Shown here: positions 31,616-48,866 of the stretch, one piece after another
Layout: each line of letters opens with the position of its first letter
Position numbering within the stretch: position 1 is the first letter of the stretch
The notes under the pieces: generated by a model
What the model saw: only the letters and a program-made list of their open reading frames with translations
Told to the model about the DNA's origin: nothing
Database searches by the model: none
DNA from: the human T2T-CHM13v2.0 reference genome, Homo sapiens
Reading direction: 5' to 3' (one strand)
Length of the DNA: 64,000 nt
Assembly: GCF_009914755.1 (NCBI RefSeq)
Contig: NC_060932.1
Program-made: the position numbers and the translations under genes

Positions 31616-33098
31616 AGACAAATCCCATAGGAGGGACTCAAGAAAGTTTAATTTACAGGCTGTGTAGCTTGGGCTTCAAGCCCTAGACAGATAGGCCATT
31701 GGCTCTTCTCAGCTCCACGTACCTTAGGAAGCAGTTGCCAAATTGGGAAATGGCTCAGGTGTGCTTGTCCTTCACTACCCATTCTGATCTTTACAAACCT
31801 TTACATGCTGTTCTTTAATTCATTCAAAATAAAAAGGATTTTTAAACATGTGCTGGCCTAATTTTGGATGAAAGTGAAATGTCAATTAAGAAGTCTAATT
31901 TAGCTCTAGCTACTAAATTAGCTTTTTCTACCTTGCAAAGTAGCAGTGTGGAACAGACATGGAAAAGATGACTGAGCTGACATTTCAGCATGCCAGTTTT
32001 GCTGACCTGCATTTTCTTAAAACAGAAAAAAGTACTTCAGGCAGTAGAAGTATCCCTTTCTTGAGAAAAAAAAAAGTGGGGGTACATTTTTGTCCGCATC
32101 TTCTTTTTCAACTGTACCTCCTTTTTTAGAATTATAAGAATTGTTCAGGATGGAAGCCATAGTTATAAAATAGCTGGATTTATATTAATATTAGGTTTTA
32201 AAATGTGCAGAAGTTTTCTGAACAGTTCACCAAACCTGTTAACTTTACTAAAGAATGAATCATCATACGTATTTAATTATAGATGCTTAATACTCAGCAA
32301 GAATGTGTTGTTTCATTTTCTTATTACAGAATATTGCTTTGGCATTACAACATTGAGGTGAGATTACTTTAGTTTCTCAATTAAATTTGGATCTAGCAGG
32401 ATAATAATCATATTTTAACTTTATTTTTAGATTTCAAACACCTAGCAGAGTTTAGAAGGTTTTTAAAATTTTTTAAATTTTGAATAAATGAGTAAATTGG
32501 TAAACTAGTTGATGGAAACATAACTGATCCCCTTACAGTGTGAAATATCAAGTTGTTTAAATATTTCATTGTTTTTTATATGCATTATTCAACCTGAGGA
32601 CTACATTTGGAATGTTTCACTGCTATAGGATAGAGTAAAAAGAGTAATAAACTAGCTATGTTAGTATATATCTTATTCTTACAATGACTATATTGCAAGC
32701 AAATGTTATAACTAATTACTGGGAAAACTTTGGAGAGATTTGGTGAATATAGGTTCATGAAAACAATATTGGACTCCCCATGGATATAGACAGTCTTCAA
32801 TACATATATACGTAATGTCTTGTGATTTATTCTGGTTATATTTCCTCTAAAATTCTCATAGCTCTAGGTCTTATTACTAAATACTCAGTACATTTTAATT
32901 TTGCCTCATGTCCTGCGCTCACCTACTTTCGCATTTACTTTTAAAATAACATGGTTTAATGTCTAATTTGGGGCAAATATATATATATATATTTATATAT
33001 ATACACACGCATATAATGATAATGTATATATAATGATAATGTTGCTACATTACAATAAGTATTGTTTTCCTTTGTCTCTATTTTAAGCTGAAAGTGTG

Positions 33099-33100
<2 letters not shown>

Positions 33101-33129
<29 letters not shown>
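33101..33129. repeat. (TG)n microsatellite
   Basis: About 14 uninterrupted TG units. Confidence 0.95.
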
Positions 33130-33133
<4 letters not shown>

Positions 33134-33689
33134 AAAGATTACTTTGTAAAAATCTGGTTGAATCCATCATTGTATTTATATTTAGATCCATCAGCTTAGG
33201 ATAGACTTTTTTGATAAATGTGACAGGGTCAGTAACGATAATCCTCTTATGATCCTTCAGGCAATATTTACAAATATTATTCTTCTCTCTATTGAAGGAT
33301 ATGGGACTCCAGCTCTAGAAGCAAAGGTCTTGCAAGCAACTCCGACTACAGCTATGTCATGTAGGATAACTTTATCTGCCTCTTCTTCTTGCCATTCCCA
33401 TCCAACTAGCTGGCTACTTCTTAAATTACTGAGAAGGAATAGTGAAAAATGACTTTACATAAAGTCACTTTCCAATTGCCTGAGTTCTTTTTCACCATAA
33501 ACTTTGAGAGCATGCAAGCCTGTGTAACAGATAAATAGAGAAAGTGCAGAGAAGTCAGTGGTGACATTAGCGAAGAATGACAGCATGTCTCTAACAAAGG
33601 CAAGAGTCAAACTTTATTCTTTTTTATATCTTTCTGAGAGATATATGTTCTCTTATGCCTTTAAAAATATTATTTCATATGTGAGATAA

Positions 33690-36280
<2,591 letters not shown>

Positions 36281-37599
36281 CTTTTAAAATCACATTTCAA
36301 ATAAAGTATAAAAATTAGGGACATGTACCATGGAATTGTTTTTGACTATATTTGTTCAACCTAAGCCATGTCCTTCGAGAAGCAGATTAGCACAGTGAAT
36401 CATGGACGTTAGTTTTCCTGTTACCAGACTGGTCTGGCTAAGCTACATCTTTCAGGAAAACCTGCTGTGGAGTTAATCTGCTCTATTGCAGCAAAGAGAG
36501 TTATTCTAATTCGGATTGCTGTCATCCAGATAAGGAAATTAACACAGGGGGAAATTGCTGAAACGCTTTACTTGGAATGAAACCTTGCCTGTTAGTCCTA
36601 GATTTATTATTTATTTTATTCTAGCTACGATTTCACAGAACAACTAAGGGAGAGAAGTGAACGAGAGATTGGAAGAGGAAAATTTGTGCCAGGGAAGAAC
36701 TTAAATATATTTTTTTTCATATTTCTACTTCTATTTTTTCAAATAGCATGCTTTTTTTTTTTTTTTTTTTTACCGATCGTACTTACTTATATACCTTGTC
36801 TAAAATTTAGTAACAATCAAGTCTCATTTTTTTTTTGTCAAAAAGCTGCACATTTTGTAACAGCACCCAGGAAAGATAAATTTCTTAGTAAACAATTAAA
36901 TTAAAAATGAAGTCTACACAGAGGTATAATCTTCAAAATGATAGTCAGCAACCACTCACTGTAATAAGTTTTAAATCATTCATGTTGGCATGCCTATCAC
37001 ATAAAATTCTGAAATGTTCAAATAATATACATGTCTATGAGAACTGAGCATGACTCTTTCTGGGAGAACACATTATATGCTTCTGTTACTGCCTTTTTAG
37101 CCACAAAAAGGAAGGAAAATTACATTTCCTTCCTTTGGTGAACACTGCCAGCTAGGTTCATAAAGATCTCTGCCCTCCCCAAGAGTTCCTCCACTAATAT
37201 TTTTAAAACTTAACTTTTTTTCTATTCAAGAAAAATACGCTCATTACTACATTTATACTGCATTAGGCATTATGCTCAAAACAAGAGTTTATTTAGGATG
37301 AGAGATAGAATTCCCTTAACTGAAAGCCACTTCTTTCTGAGCCTTATTCTATTGCTCTTAATGAAATGTATGACAACTGTTGTGTCAGGGAATTAATGAT
37401 ATTGAATGAGTAAAGAATGGGAAACTGGCTGGATGAATTATGCCTGTTCTTCAGTTCTTTCCAAAGAGGAAAATTGGAAGATCCCATAGCATCACGCTTG
37501 TTATGATATTAAAACTATGAGAATTTGATCAGATAAAAGAAGTGTTAAATGAAATCCTCTGTCTGAACACTCATGTCAAGAAAGGCAATTTTAGTTATG

Positions 37600-38050
37600 C
37601 AGTGGTGTAGCATTTTGTTTTTTCTGCAATAAAGCCATCAGATCAATAAAAAATTATGTAGCAGATTATTATTACACTGTGCTCACCATAGCTCTAATCG
37701 TAAATAATACAGCAGTTTTCCTGGTTATATTAATTATAATTAGAATGCAGATAATGCAGACGCTCTTTTATTACTAGAGCCAAATCAATTTTCCAGTGTT
37801 ATTCAATGCAAGGTCACACAAAGTTGTGGAAGCTTTCAGACTTCTTATGAAATGGCCTGCCTGCCTGTGAGAGAGAGGGTTTGACTCAGCTGTGCAAGAC
37901 ACATTGACTGGGAAGAGCATTGAAATAATTACAGCCATGAACCCTTGCCTATGATGGCAGAATTTCATTTTATAAAGTAAGCATAGCCGTAATCCAGCCT
38001 CCTTTATGGTAGGAAACCTCATAAATCTTTCAGAGGAGACCAAGTCTTGT
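37600..38050. promoter_or_regulatory. candidate conserved non-coding/enhancer block
   Basis: Dense homeodomain-type motifs (atcaataaa, ctaatcgtaaa, attaattataattag, aaatcaat) and TGACTCAGC at 37882; repeat-free. Confidence 0.35.
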
Positions 38051-39339
38051 TTTTAGTGGTAAAGAGGAAATCACAATGGGTTGGTTTGCATTGTTCATTT
38101 CTCCTCATTGCCTTTTTGTTCCGTACCTTGGCATCATATTTTTAAAAGGCATTCCCTATGTAATCATCTTGTAATGATGAAGGGGAAACCACCGAACAAC
38201 AAACTAATAGAAATACATTAAGTGTTCAGCATTGGTGGATAGGATAGAGGCTGATTTTACACACTCTTATATTAGGTCTTTTGTGAAATTGTAGTTTGTC
38301 AAGAAGAGGATATAAAATGAGAAGAAAGCAAGAGAATGAGAGAGATTAAAGTCAGAAGAAATCATTTCATGGGTGCCTTTACTATGGTTGAGGGGAAATC
38401 AAAGACCTAGACCCCAAAACTTGTGGAGCCAGAGACCATGGTTCAACATAAACCCATAGATCTAGGCACCAGAAAGGGGTGGAGTGCTAATTCTGGAACC
38501 TGTGGTTGAGCAAATTTAATGGTGATGGATTAGACGTTTGTATGTTCCTGATATTTTCCACTTGACAAAACCCTCAGATGATGAAGCCAAGGTGTACAAG
38601 GTCATGAACTCAAGTGAGGTCAGGCAGGTAACTCATGGGGTAAAGCGGACTGGGAGTAAAGTAATAGAACTGGTAGAGAATATGTCAAAATATAGATTGG
38701 AAAATTCATGACTGGCATGAAGGCATTGGTGCTCAAAAAATGTTTACTCACTGCTCTAATATATCTTTGGTACTAGTGTGTCCCCTCAACCATCAGAGTT
38801 TGACCTCTGCTAGAAAGATATGTTCATTCCATGGGTAATTTGGAAACTTGTGCACCCAAGCCATTAGGAAAATTTCTTCTGAGAATTTGACCAAGTCAAT
38901 AGTGTTTAGGAGTGATATCAGTAAATGTGGGGAAAGGGAAAGTTATTCAGAAGACCTGAGTCAAAATGCTGCAATGAAAGGGGAATGAGGCTGAAGGCCA
39001 GGAATTCACTCCTGAGCAAAGAAGAGTTAGGCACTGTGGATAAATCTAGCTTTAATATTCTGGAGATCTCCTTGAGATGGCCTGAACAAATGGAGGCATA
39101 GAACTCAGCAAGCTGGTTCTTTGTGGGCCAGAACGTGGAGTTGAGCAGTGATCTCTGACTGTCTGCAAAGAAAGAAGGGGCTGCCTCAACCCTTGGGAAT
39201 CTTCAGTCCTGGGAGGATAAAGGCAAGGTGTAAATAAATAAAAAGCCCAATTTCAGAGGCGGAGATTGTCAGAAGGAGGAAGCTCTAAATATCAGGCCAC
39301 TAGATTTACAATACCAGAAATAAGTAGTAATAGAAAACT

Positions 39340-39570
39340 TCTAATTTCCATTTATTAAGCTTATGAACTGCATACCCTCTTAGGCACTTTATCTGTACTT
39401 TATAATCTTTCTTTTTATTCATAGCAATCTTTGACGAACTGCATTATTCCTAATTGTATTTTATAGATGTGAAAACTGAGGCTTTTCAAAGTCACACAGT
39501 TAGCAAAATGTGGAGCCGGAATTCAAATACAGGTTTCCGTGGCTTGAGATCCCAGCTTTTCACCATTAAA
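39340..39570 (-). mobile_element. MIR SINE
   Basis: ttttatagatgtgaaaactgaggct...aagtcacacagttagcaaaatgtggagccggaattcaaatacagg. Confidence 0.65.
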
Positions 39571-40799
39571 CAGTGTCACCTTCAGGTTAGCAAATCTTAC
39601 AGATGTCTAAATTATAGGCCAGATGCCATTGCATCTTTTTAGGACTCTTACTAGGTAGTATTTTTCCTCAGAATCTGGGAGAAGGTAAAGGGAATGTCTC
39701 TTGCTTTTTAATAAACAGCAGTGACTTATGGTCCTTTGTTCAACAAGCATTCCTAACTATTTTGACCATAACATTGGAATCATAGTTCATCTACTCACCA
39801 ACACATTTATATTTTAGCACCACCAAGCTTTAAGAAGTGCTTTGTACCACCTAGTGACTTTGGCATATTGTTTGTAAAAAATTGAGTTGTGGAAGATAAC
39901 TCAAGATAGTAAAATTCCCTGCTTCACTATGAACAACCCCAATTGTAGTACTGAAATTTGTATTATCTTCACATTTGTCAATGAAACTTTTTTCTTCTCC
40001 TAAAACTTCAGTTTTATTTAAACACATAGAAGAGAAATTCGAGTTCTGAATGTTTCTGACCTGGAACAAACAATATATAGTATTTGACTGTTTCAGCGTC
40101 AGCATTCTTTTCATCTGTTTTGTTGAAAAAAAGAAGTTGTAAAAATACGCATGGAAAAAATGACCATTGATTATATTTTTATATTCTGATATTTAGAAAG
40201 AAATATATTTAAATATATAAGAGCAATATTTGAAAATACCAAAATATCTGAATGGACAAGTACCAATGAAAGATGGGACAAAGAGAATAAATTTAATAAA
40301 TTAAAAATAAAGGGAAATTTCATGCTTCACTATGAAGTAAATGTCTTAGTTCATGATTACTTTCTGAAAAAATGGTTAAGAGTTATAGACTGGGATTGAC
40401 TAACTTTTGTGAATGAAACTTTAAACTTGTCAAAAAGTGTCTAAAATGCATAAAATGTTTTTAACATATTTGAGTTTAATTAATATAGATTCATTTCTAA
40501 TATATGAAAACTTGTTAAAGAAGTATAGAAGAAACCAAAATATACTGTACTTTAAATACAGAAAAAATATTAAAGATGGACTAGTTTTTCAGTCCAGGTA
40601 TATTAGATATTTCACATTGAATCTCTTATCATTCTCCCTTTGTCACCAACAGAACAACACAGCTTACATCAAATATGCTCCCATAATATTTCAAGATTTC
40701 AAGTTCAATTCTTTCCTGACATAATATGTTAGAATATTTCTCTTTGAAATATATTTTCTCTTGTACTGTGAAATCATGTCTTTTTTTTTTTAAGACAAA

Positions 40800-41000
40800 C
40801 ATAATAATGGCTAATTCTTAACACTGCTTACTATGGACAAGATGCTATGCTAAGTACTTTACAAATGAGGTTGAGGTAGATACTTTTATGTACAGATGGG
40901 GAAATGGAGGTTCAAAGAGGTTTAGTAAATTGCCCAAGGTCACAAGGCAAATGAGGTTTTAAACTCACACATGCCACCTCCAGAGTCCACACTCTTAAAT
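40800..41000 (-). mobile_element. MIR SINE
   Basis: tacagatggggaaatggaggttcaaagaggtttagtaaattgcccaaggtcacaagg. Confidence 0.7.
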
Positions 41001-42749
41001 CCAAAACTATTCTGCTTATCGAATCATCACAAAACAATGATATTGCTAAAATTAAACAATTCTCTTCAACAAATAAGTGTCTCTGGTTTCTTTTCCTTTC
41101 TGAAAACACCATGAATTCCATGATCTGTATTGTAGAGGGTTTTTTTTTTTAAGTAGCTATCTATCTCAGAGGTACCTTGAATGTGAACAGAGCCATGAAT
41201 TGCTATAGTAACTTCCAGTGCTTTGAATAATAGGATTTGGGAATTATTTTTCAGTGCAAAAACATAAGAAAAAAAAAATAAAGTCTAAATGTGACCCTGT
41301 CAACTGAATTAACTTCTAGGAGATTCCTCTTTTAAATGATATGTCTAGCATTATCATTTTACAGCTGAAAACTGGGAAGCTTTCCAAATTTTAACTGACG
41401 AAGTTATTGTACTTCCAAATGAACAAAATGTGTTTTGAGGTATTTTCTTTTTGTTGAAGACTGTAATAGATGGCTCTGTAATATCCTATGCAAATAGCCA
41501 ATGTTGTATATTGGAGCTGCTCATAAGATGTTATCATAAATTGGGCATTTCAGAGGATTTTTTTAAAGTATTTACTGTGCAGTTTATGTGTTCTGCCCTA
41601 CCTGGATTATTTACCATTGACTGTTTTATTAGCCAAGTTCTTTACACCTTTTTCCTCCTCACACACTGACTTCCTGTCATTAGCATGTAGGAGATACAGA
41701 AGTTTGGCACAAAATTAATTCTGCAGTGAAAGAAAGAAGCAGTGTTTCTCAAGTAGAACATTAGGCTTCTGTTGTGCATTTTGTCAGCCCTCTCTTTGCT
41801 TTTCCAGATTTTATTTCAGAGCCTACATGACCATGGAATCTATCTAATCAGCTGCTAGTCACATGCAATAGCACCTCTAGCAACAAAATCTATAAAAGAT
41901 GCTCTTTTCTCTCCCTCTGCCTCATCAATTGCCCCTGTCAGTAATAGAGAATTAGTTTTAAAAATATAATCTGATTGAGTACGTTATGTTGACCAGTCTT
42001 GAGCATTTCCACCCTGCACTTACTTTCATTGTCTCTGTTTTAGAAATGGCCTTTATGCCTCCTGGTCTCAACATAGAGCAGAAAGGACCATCTGGACACC
42101 ACATATGAGGAAATCAGACATCTCTAGGTTGAATCATGCCCAAAAGGACAATTTCTTGTCAGATAAGCTGCTGTGTACTAAGTCTGATAACTAACAAAAT
42201 TGCTATATGGTAATTTTAACTGGAAATTGTCCACTTTTATCCTCCGGTTTTCTCTCTTATTCCATTGGTAACCACCCTGGGAGTTCTAATACCATGTCCA
42301 TGTACAAGTGCTTAAATCAACCCTCAGGTTGTGACAGTCAAGCTACAGTGGCTGTGAAATAATCTGCACAGCAGAGTATGCTATGTCATTGGCTCAATCA
42401 GCATAATGCAGCATAATAGAATAGAAGCACACAATTATATAATGCCATAATTTGATTTCTCTCTAATTTCTGGACACATCACAAAATAATCAAGGCAGTG
42501 AAATGAAGTGTAAAGAATAATGGCTGAGTTTGGAGTCACATCACTGCCACTTGCTAGCCTGTGTGACCTTAAACAAATAAAAAACTCTTTCTTGACCTTT
42601 AGTGTTTTTCTCTGTAAAATGGGTTATCTTTTCTCATTTGATTATCAGATAGGAATATGTACAACAGAGGAGATGAGTTGATAGTATACTTTCTATGTGC
42701 CGCCTGCAAATGCATTATGCACAAATTTTAATTATTGCCATCATTTAAA

Positions 42750-42983
42750 AAAATTCAGAAGATGTTATACCTTAAAAATTAGTATTTCTGCAGTCTCTTT
42801 AAAGTAGGATGATTGGGCAACATTAGTTTCCTAATCCCACATGGCAACAAATGATTGTGAAGTAGCCCCTTCCCATTTAGACTGTGGTCTTTGCCGGGAG
42901 TTCATGTCATTTCTCATCTAACCTGATTTGCACATGTATGTTGACCATCTGGCCCCTGTAAGCATTTGAGTTTGTCACCTCTG
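42750..42983. mobile_element. MER102-like hAT element
   Basis: ggcaacatt...cccacatggcaacaa...ggcccctgtaagcatttgagtttgtcacctctg. Confidence 0.6.
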
Positions 42984-43161
42984 TTGTTTATAAAAGCACT
43001 TTTAGATTTAGCTGCAATGTGCTTAACAAAGTCACTCAATTTGGAGCTTGAAGACGAGCTTTCAAATACTGGTTCTCAAACTTGGGTAAATCATGGAAAC
43101 GTACTGGGTGAGAGTGGTTTATTGAAAGTCCATACATAATGGAATTATAAGAATAAAAGCA

Positions 43162-43473
<312 letters not shown>

Positions 43474-45859
43474 TTATATTTCTTCAAGAAACTTTACTCA
43501 TGAGAGCTTAAGTTGACCAACATTTCAAAACTTGATGCTGCAAGTTTGCATAAGGTAAATTACATATAATATTTGATTTGTTCTCCACATTTTGTTACAG
43601 GGAAGTCTATTAAACTGCATTTCCCTCTATTATTTGAGTCAAGAAATAGAGATGATGAAAATATTTTGAAACAAAATATTTGTCAAGAAGCTACTTGTAT
43701 TAGCTTGAAGAAGGGTTGAATATCAAACATTGGAGGCTTGAATACTACATTGTCTGTTGTGGACCTTTCTTCAAGTCTTCCATTTTCTTTTTTAGGATGT
43801 TTGGGTAACAAATGTTCTTAAATGAAAAAATCTATGTTGTAGTGGATTGAAAATGCCTACTACTGGCCTTGCTTATTTTAAGAGTTCAAAGAATGTAAAC
43901 AGTGAAACAGAAGCAAAGAAATAGCAATCAGAAAATTCTGTCTTGCTATTTGAACTGAGCTGCTCTCCGTTCCTTTGCTTTAAGTATCAGAAATAAATTA
44001 TGATTTATAATGATGCCTTGGAATTGATAATCTCCTCCTCCAAAGCACAGGGAATACTTTATTCTGCTTCCTAATTATGTATGTCATTATCTGCTTTCTA
44101 ATTCATCTCTTTACTATCTTCCATGAGACAAGTAGGAATTGGGTATGTAGTATTGCCTTTATTTTGTATGTGATAAAAGAAAAAAGAGAAATTATGTTCC
44201 TTTTTCATGGTCAGTCAGTGATATTTTGGAGAAACTGGAACTACCAGTGAATATGCCTGGACCTCTAATTCACTTCACAAGAAAAAGAATATCTTGGGTC
44301 CTTGATATACTTTAAGATTTGGAATATTTTTATAAGCTCTAAAAGACTTTGGGATCTCTAAAATGCTTCATGAAACCATATAATTACTATATTCTTATAA
44401 CATGAAAGTAAAAATTATTCCATTTATTCGTTGAAGTTGTTTATTGACTACATGAAAAAAAATCACACAAAAATATCAAGGAGCAGACAACAAACAATAT
44501 AAAGTAATTACCACAAATACAAAAAAGCATCAGTATCTGTATTTATTTACTATGAAAAGAACTTAATGGGTAAGAAAACCACTAAAAGTGGAATGGAAAC
44601 CTTTATAGTGGGTGTGAAAATATAATTTGCACATGCAAAATAATTCAAATCATTAAATAGGTATGACCAGAGGATTCTTTATGATAATCAGAACTCATGA
44701 GTCATCAGTGACTTCTCATTATTATGAAGATAGGGTTATATAAATTTTTTATATTATATGACTCCTTGTTAGTTCTTCAGCCATACCTTTCTCTGCCCCA
44801 TGTCCTCATGTCTCTACCCTGCCCTCTTGCCATCAGTTCCCAGAATCCATCCTACCATGCTGTCTCTTACCTCACTACAATCCCATTCCTCACAACCCCT
44901 TTCAGAATGCACAGAGTGTAAATTAGTTACAAAGCATACCATTTAGTTCTGATGACATTCTTTGTAGCAACACTTTTTGGAGAAAGGAAACTGTACATTG
45001 ATTTATATTCTGCCATACAATAATAGTTTGTCTGTAGATTATAAGTAGCACTGTGATAAGGTACATGATTGTGTGTGTGTATTAAGAAGAGTTTCATCCT
45101 TTAATTTACTCATCTTTATAGTGGGAATAATAATGTTCATCTGAGTGTTGGATTCCTCATATCTGAAAGTAGGAAGAGTAATAACTACCTTGTGGTGTTG
45201 TAGAGAACCTTCTGGTATGTATTCATGGTACACCAGGCATTGAATAACAGTTAGTTCCCTCTCTGGTCCCTTCCTTTTTCCCCCTGTAAATAAGTAGTGT
45301 CAGAATATACTTATAAATTACTATGGTCCAAAGGACATTAGGGGAAACCAGTTGGCATAACTGGACTCTATAATTACTCTCTTGTGTGTGCTTTGTGTCT
45401 TTTTTTTCAACACTGACATTTATAATTAAGGTTTAGTGTCTGCCTTCCCCAGTGGATTAAACTCTATGAAGGCTGTTACCCTGTGCAGGAGGCCTTCTCA
45501 GTCACTGCTCTATCTCCATTGTCTGATACGTGCCTGATACAGTGTAGCTTCTCAACAAATAAGCGGCAAAATTAAATAAATGACTAAGTGAATAACTCAG
45601 ACATGAGAAAAATGAGGGCCAGAAAGTTTCACAAATGACGTACAAGAATGATTGAAATTATAAGGGAATAATTAAAGCTACATATCTTCCGTTCAAGCCA
45701 TTACAAGCAATGTGATTAATATCAGCATCATATTGCCACTCTGTAATAAGTATCATGAGGAAACACAAAGCCAGGAAGGGAACCAATTGGTGGAGGCACA
45801 AGTCACAACGTAAGGAGGGGCCAGTTTGCTCTTCCAGAAAGGCATCATCATTCTCGTGT

Positions 45860-46230
45860 CATTTGAGCAGGAATCTGAAGACAGTGAGTAAGTGACCCAT
45901 GATGGACATCTGGGGAAACAGTTCCAGGTGGAGGGAAGAACAAATGCACTTTGGGAATAGCAAAGGAGCTAGTATTGCTGGAGCATTTGAACTATGAGAT
46001 TTTATAGAATACAGAAAATAAGGTCACAGAAATCAGTGCTATGATGGAAGAGATCAGATAGATCCTTGTAGGCAGTTGTAAGAATGGAAAACTATTGGAG
46101 AGTTTGGAGCAAAGTTTAACATGATTGGATTTATACATCTTGGTAGATTGTTCCTTCTGCCTTGTAGAGAATAGGGAGACAGGACAGAAGAACGGAAATA
46201 AGTTAGAAAATTACTACAATAACCCTAGAG
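45860..46230 (-). mobile_element. L2 fragment
   Basis: catttgagcaggaatctgaag...ggacatctggggaaacagttccaggtggagggaagaacaaatgca...ttggagagtttggagca. Confidence 0.6.
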
Positions 46231-46453
46231 AAGAATGGCCAGAACTCAGTCATATGCTATATCTACTTGCAAGGGAAGCTGGGGAATGTAATCCAGCTGT
46301 ATGCTCTAAAAGATGAGTAAAGCTGTTTTGGAGAGCATCTAGCCAGTCTCCATCATGGGATTCTTTAAATCCCACTTCACATAAGTAGTTTATTGGTAGG
46401 GTTTCTTCTGGGATGTGGCACAAGAGTCAGTTCAGTTCAATCACTTTGAGTGT

Positions 46454-46788
46454 TATCTTAATCTGTTCAGGCTGATGTAACAAAATACCACAGACTGTTG
46501 GTTATAAACAACAGAAATTTATTTCTTACAGTTCTGGAGGCTGGGAAGTCCAAGATCAAGATGTTGTCTTCCTTATAGAGGGCATCTTCTTGTTCTGTGT
46601 CCTTACATGGTGGAAAGGCAATTGAGTTCCCTTGGGCCCCTTTTTATAAGGGCACAATTCTCATTCATGAGGGCTCTGTCCTCATGAGTTAATCCCTTCT
46701 GAAGGCCCTACCTCCTAATACTATTACTTTGGGGGCTAGGATTTCAACATAAGAATTTTAGTGAGACTTTAGCATTCAGGTCATAGCA
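46454..46788 (-). mobile_element. MaLR solo LTR (MSTD/MLT1A-like)
   Basis: taacaaaataccacagactg...cagttctggaggctgggaagtccaagatcaag...catgagggctctgtcctcatga...cattcaggtcatagca. Confidence 0.85.
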
Positions 46789-47269
46789 AGCACCTGTGTT
46801 GTAATGAGACTGTGGAATTCTCTACCTCTGCCTGACCCCATTGGTATGTGACCACAGAGGAGCAGTGGTTTTCTGGTTTTCCAATGCACATGCAAACTGC
46901 CGATAAGCTCCCAAACAGGAATTTGCTTTGCATTTATAAAGTGAATGTCACCATTCAAACAGCCTCGTGGAATCAAGACAAATTTTTTTGGGAACAGGGA
47001 GGATACAAAGTAGAGAAATTACACAATGGATGACTACAAGCCTATTTCTGTGGTCTTTTTCTATACACAAAATGTCTGAGTATACTTTGATGTGTGTGTG
47101 CACAAGCAGCCATTCACCAGCCACACACACCCAGACAATCTTCCCTCCTCCTTCACAGCAATATTTCTGGCTTCTTTGCCATGTCTTATTATGTCCACGC
47201 TAACCAAAATTACCAAAACTACCTCTTTCCTTTCTTCTGATTTATTCTTCATCATCATCTCTTAAGAAT

Positions 47270-47540
47270 CAGCCCTGAGATTACCCTCTCTAAGAAGCCG
47301 ACTCAAATTTTTCCAGGTTGAATTAGAAACTCTTTCTCTGACTTTCTAAAATAATGTGTGAATATCTTTATTAATACATTTGTTAAATTCTACCCAATTC
47401 GTGTGTTTAGCACTAGAATTTAGCTCTCCGTTGTCAAAGACTGTGTGTTCATTTTTGTATCCCCAATATTTAGTGTTGTTCAGTACATGGCAGGTGTCTG
47501 TTAAATGTTGTTGAATGAGTGAATGAATGAATGGATGGAT
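47270..47540 (+). mobile_element. L2 3' end
   Basis: tgtgttcatttttgtatccccaatatttagtg...gcaggtgtctgttaaatgttgttgaatgagtgaatgaatg. Confidence 0.7.
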
Positions 47541-48452
47541 CATTCCAAGTTGAATAGGACAAAGAACATAAAACACCCTGAGGACATCATGATAATGTAG
47601 AGTAATGTTCACAGCACACATCTAAACCTTACAGATAGAGAAATCATTGATGCGCTTATTCCTCTTATTTACACTCAGGGAAGTATATTACGGCTTCCCT
47701 GAATAGGGATGTGGCAGGCCACATTTATACATCAGATTTGAGAATAACCGAGTTATACTTAATATAGAAATGACTCCAGTTAGTTATTACTTAATTTGTT
47801 ATATACGTCCCTTCCTTTTTTCACAAAGGACTTGAGATTTTGACATGAAATGCATGAATTGTAGATTTACTTTTGTCATGAAAGTATAGCCATGTATATT
47901 TTTTTAAGTAGAATGAAAATTGGGGTGTCAAAAATTACCTTAATTTTCACCTTGAGATATTGGCTTCTATTGGGTGGGATATTTTTGTAGATATTAGCAC
48001 AAACAGTCTTGCAAAATCAAAGCAGCGGGTATGGGGAAAAGGTGGCAGGGAGCCAAAAGAAAATACTGCAATTTGGTTGAAATTAATAGGCAGCTGTTAG
48101 GTCATCTCTAAGATAGCACTTCATTAGGCTGAAAATTTAGCATGGGTTAAAACCAAAGCTAATTCCAAACAAAACACGGTTAGTTGAATTTTCAGTATTG
48201 TTAAAATAATATAGCAAATAATGAAATGAGGAGTATGATTTTTACAGTTAGAGGAGTGGGAAAAGTTAGTATCCTGGTACTTACTAACTCTTCTCAACTA
48301 ACAGTTTCCTCATCTGTATGTATGCATTTTTATACCAGGAGCGTGTAAAAATCTCTAGTGCTTAGCATGTCCCAGTACGTGGTAGGACATTTTAATCTTA
48401 TCCCAGAAGTCCTTTTTGATGCTTTCCAACTATATCGACATAAAGAATTTAC

Positions 48453-48490
48453 CTGCTGAGGTCAGCGGACAAGTTTGTGATTCTTTATTC
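48453..48490 (-). other. candidate internal exon (38 nt)
   Basis: ttcttgtgttgttttag|GAATAAAGAATCACAAACTTGTCCGCTGACCTCAGCAG|gtaaat, with branch-like tactaa about 30 nt upstream. Confidence 0.45.
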
Positions 48491-48675
48491 CTAAAACAAC
48501 ACAAGAATTCTGTATTTAGTAATAACTTTATCATTCACACTGTTGATTATAAAATATATACAGGCATGCATTAGATAGGAAAAGTAATTCCAGTATTAAA
48601 CTACTGTCTTGAATTCTGTTTTAGAAAATGAAAACAGTATAAATTTGATTGAATATAAAGTATTATTAACTAAAA

Positions 48676-48866
48676 GCAATGTCCAGCAAAGCTTTCTGTG
48701 ACACGGGAAATGTTCTATTTTTTTACTGTCCAATACAGTAGACACTAGATGCATGTAGCTGTAGAGCATTTGACATGTGGTCAATCAGATTAAGGACTGA
48801 ATTTTCAATTTTAACTAATTTAAATTGAATTAGCCACATGTAATTAGTGGCTAACATATTGCATAG
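48676..48866. mobile_element. MER3 (hAT-Charlie)
   Basis: gtccagcaaagctttctgtgacacgggaaatgttcta...ctgtccaatacagtagacactag...tagccacatgtaattagtggcta. Confidence 0.8.
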
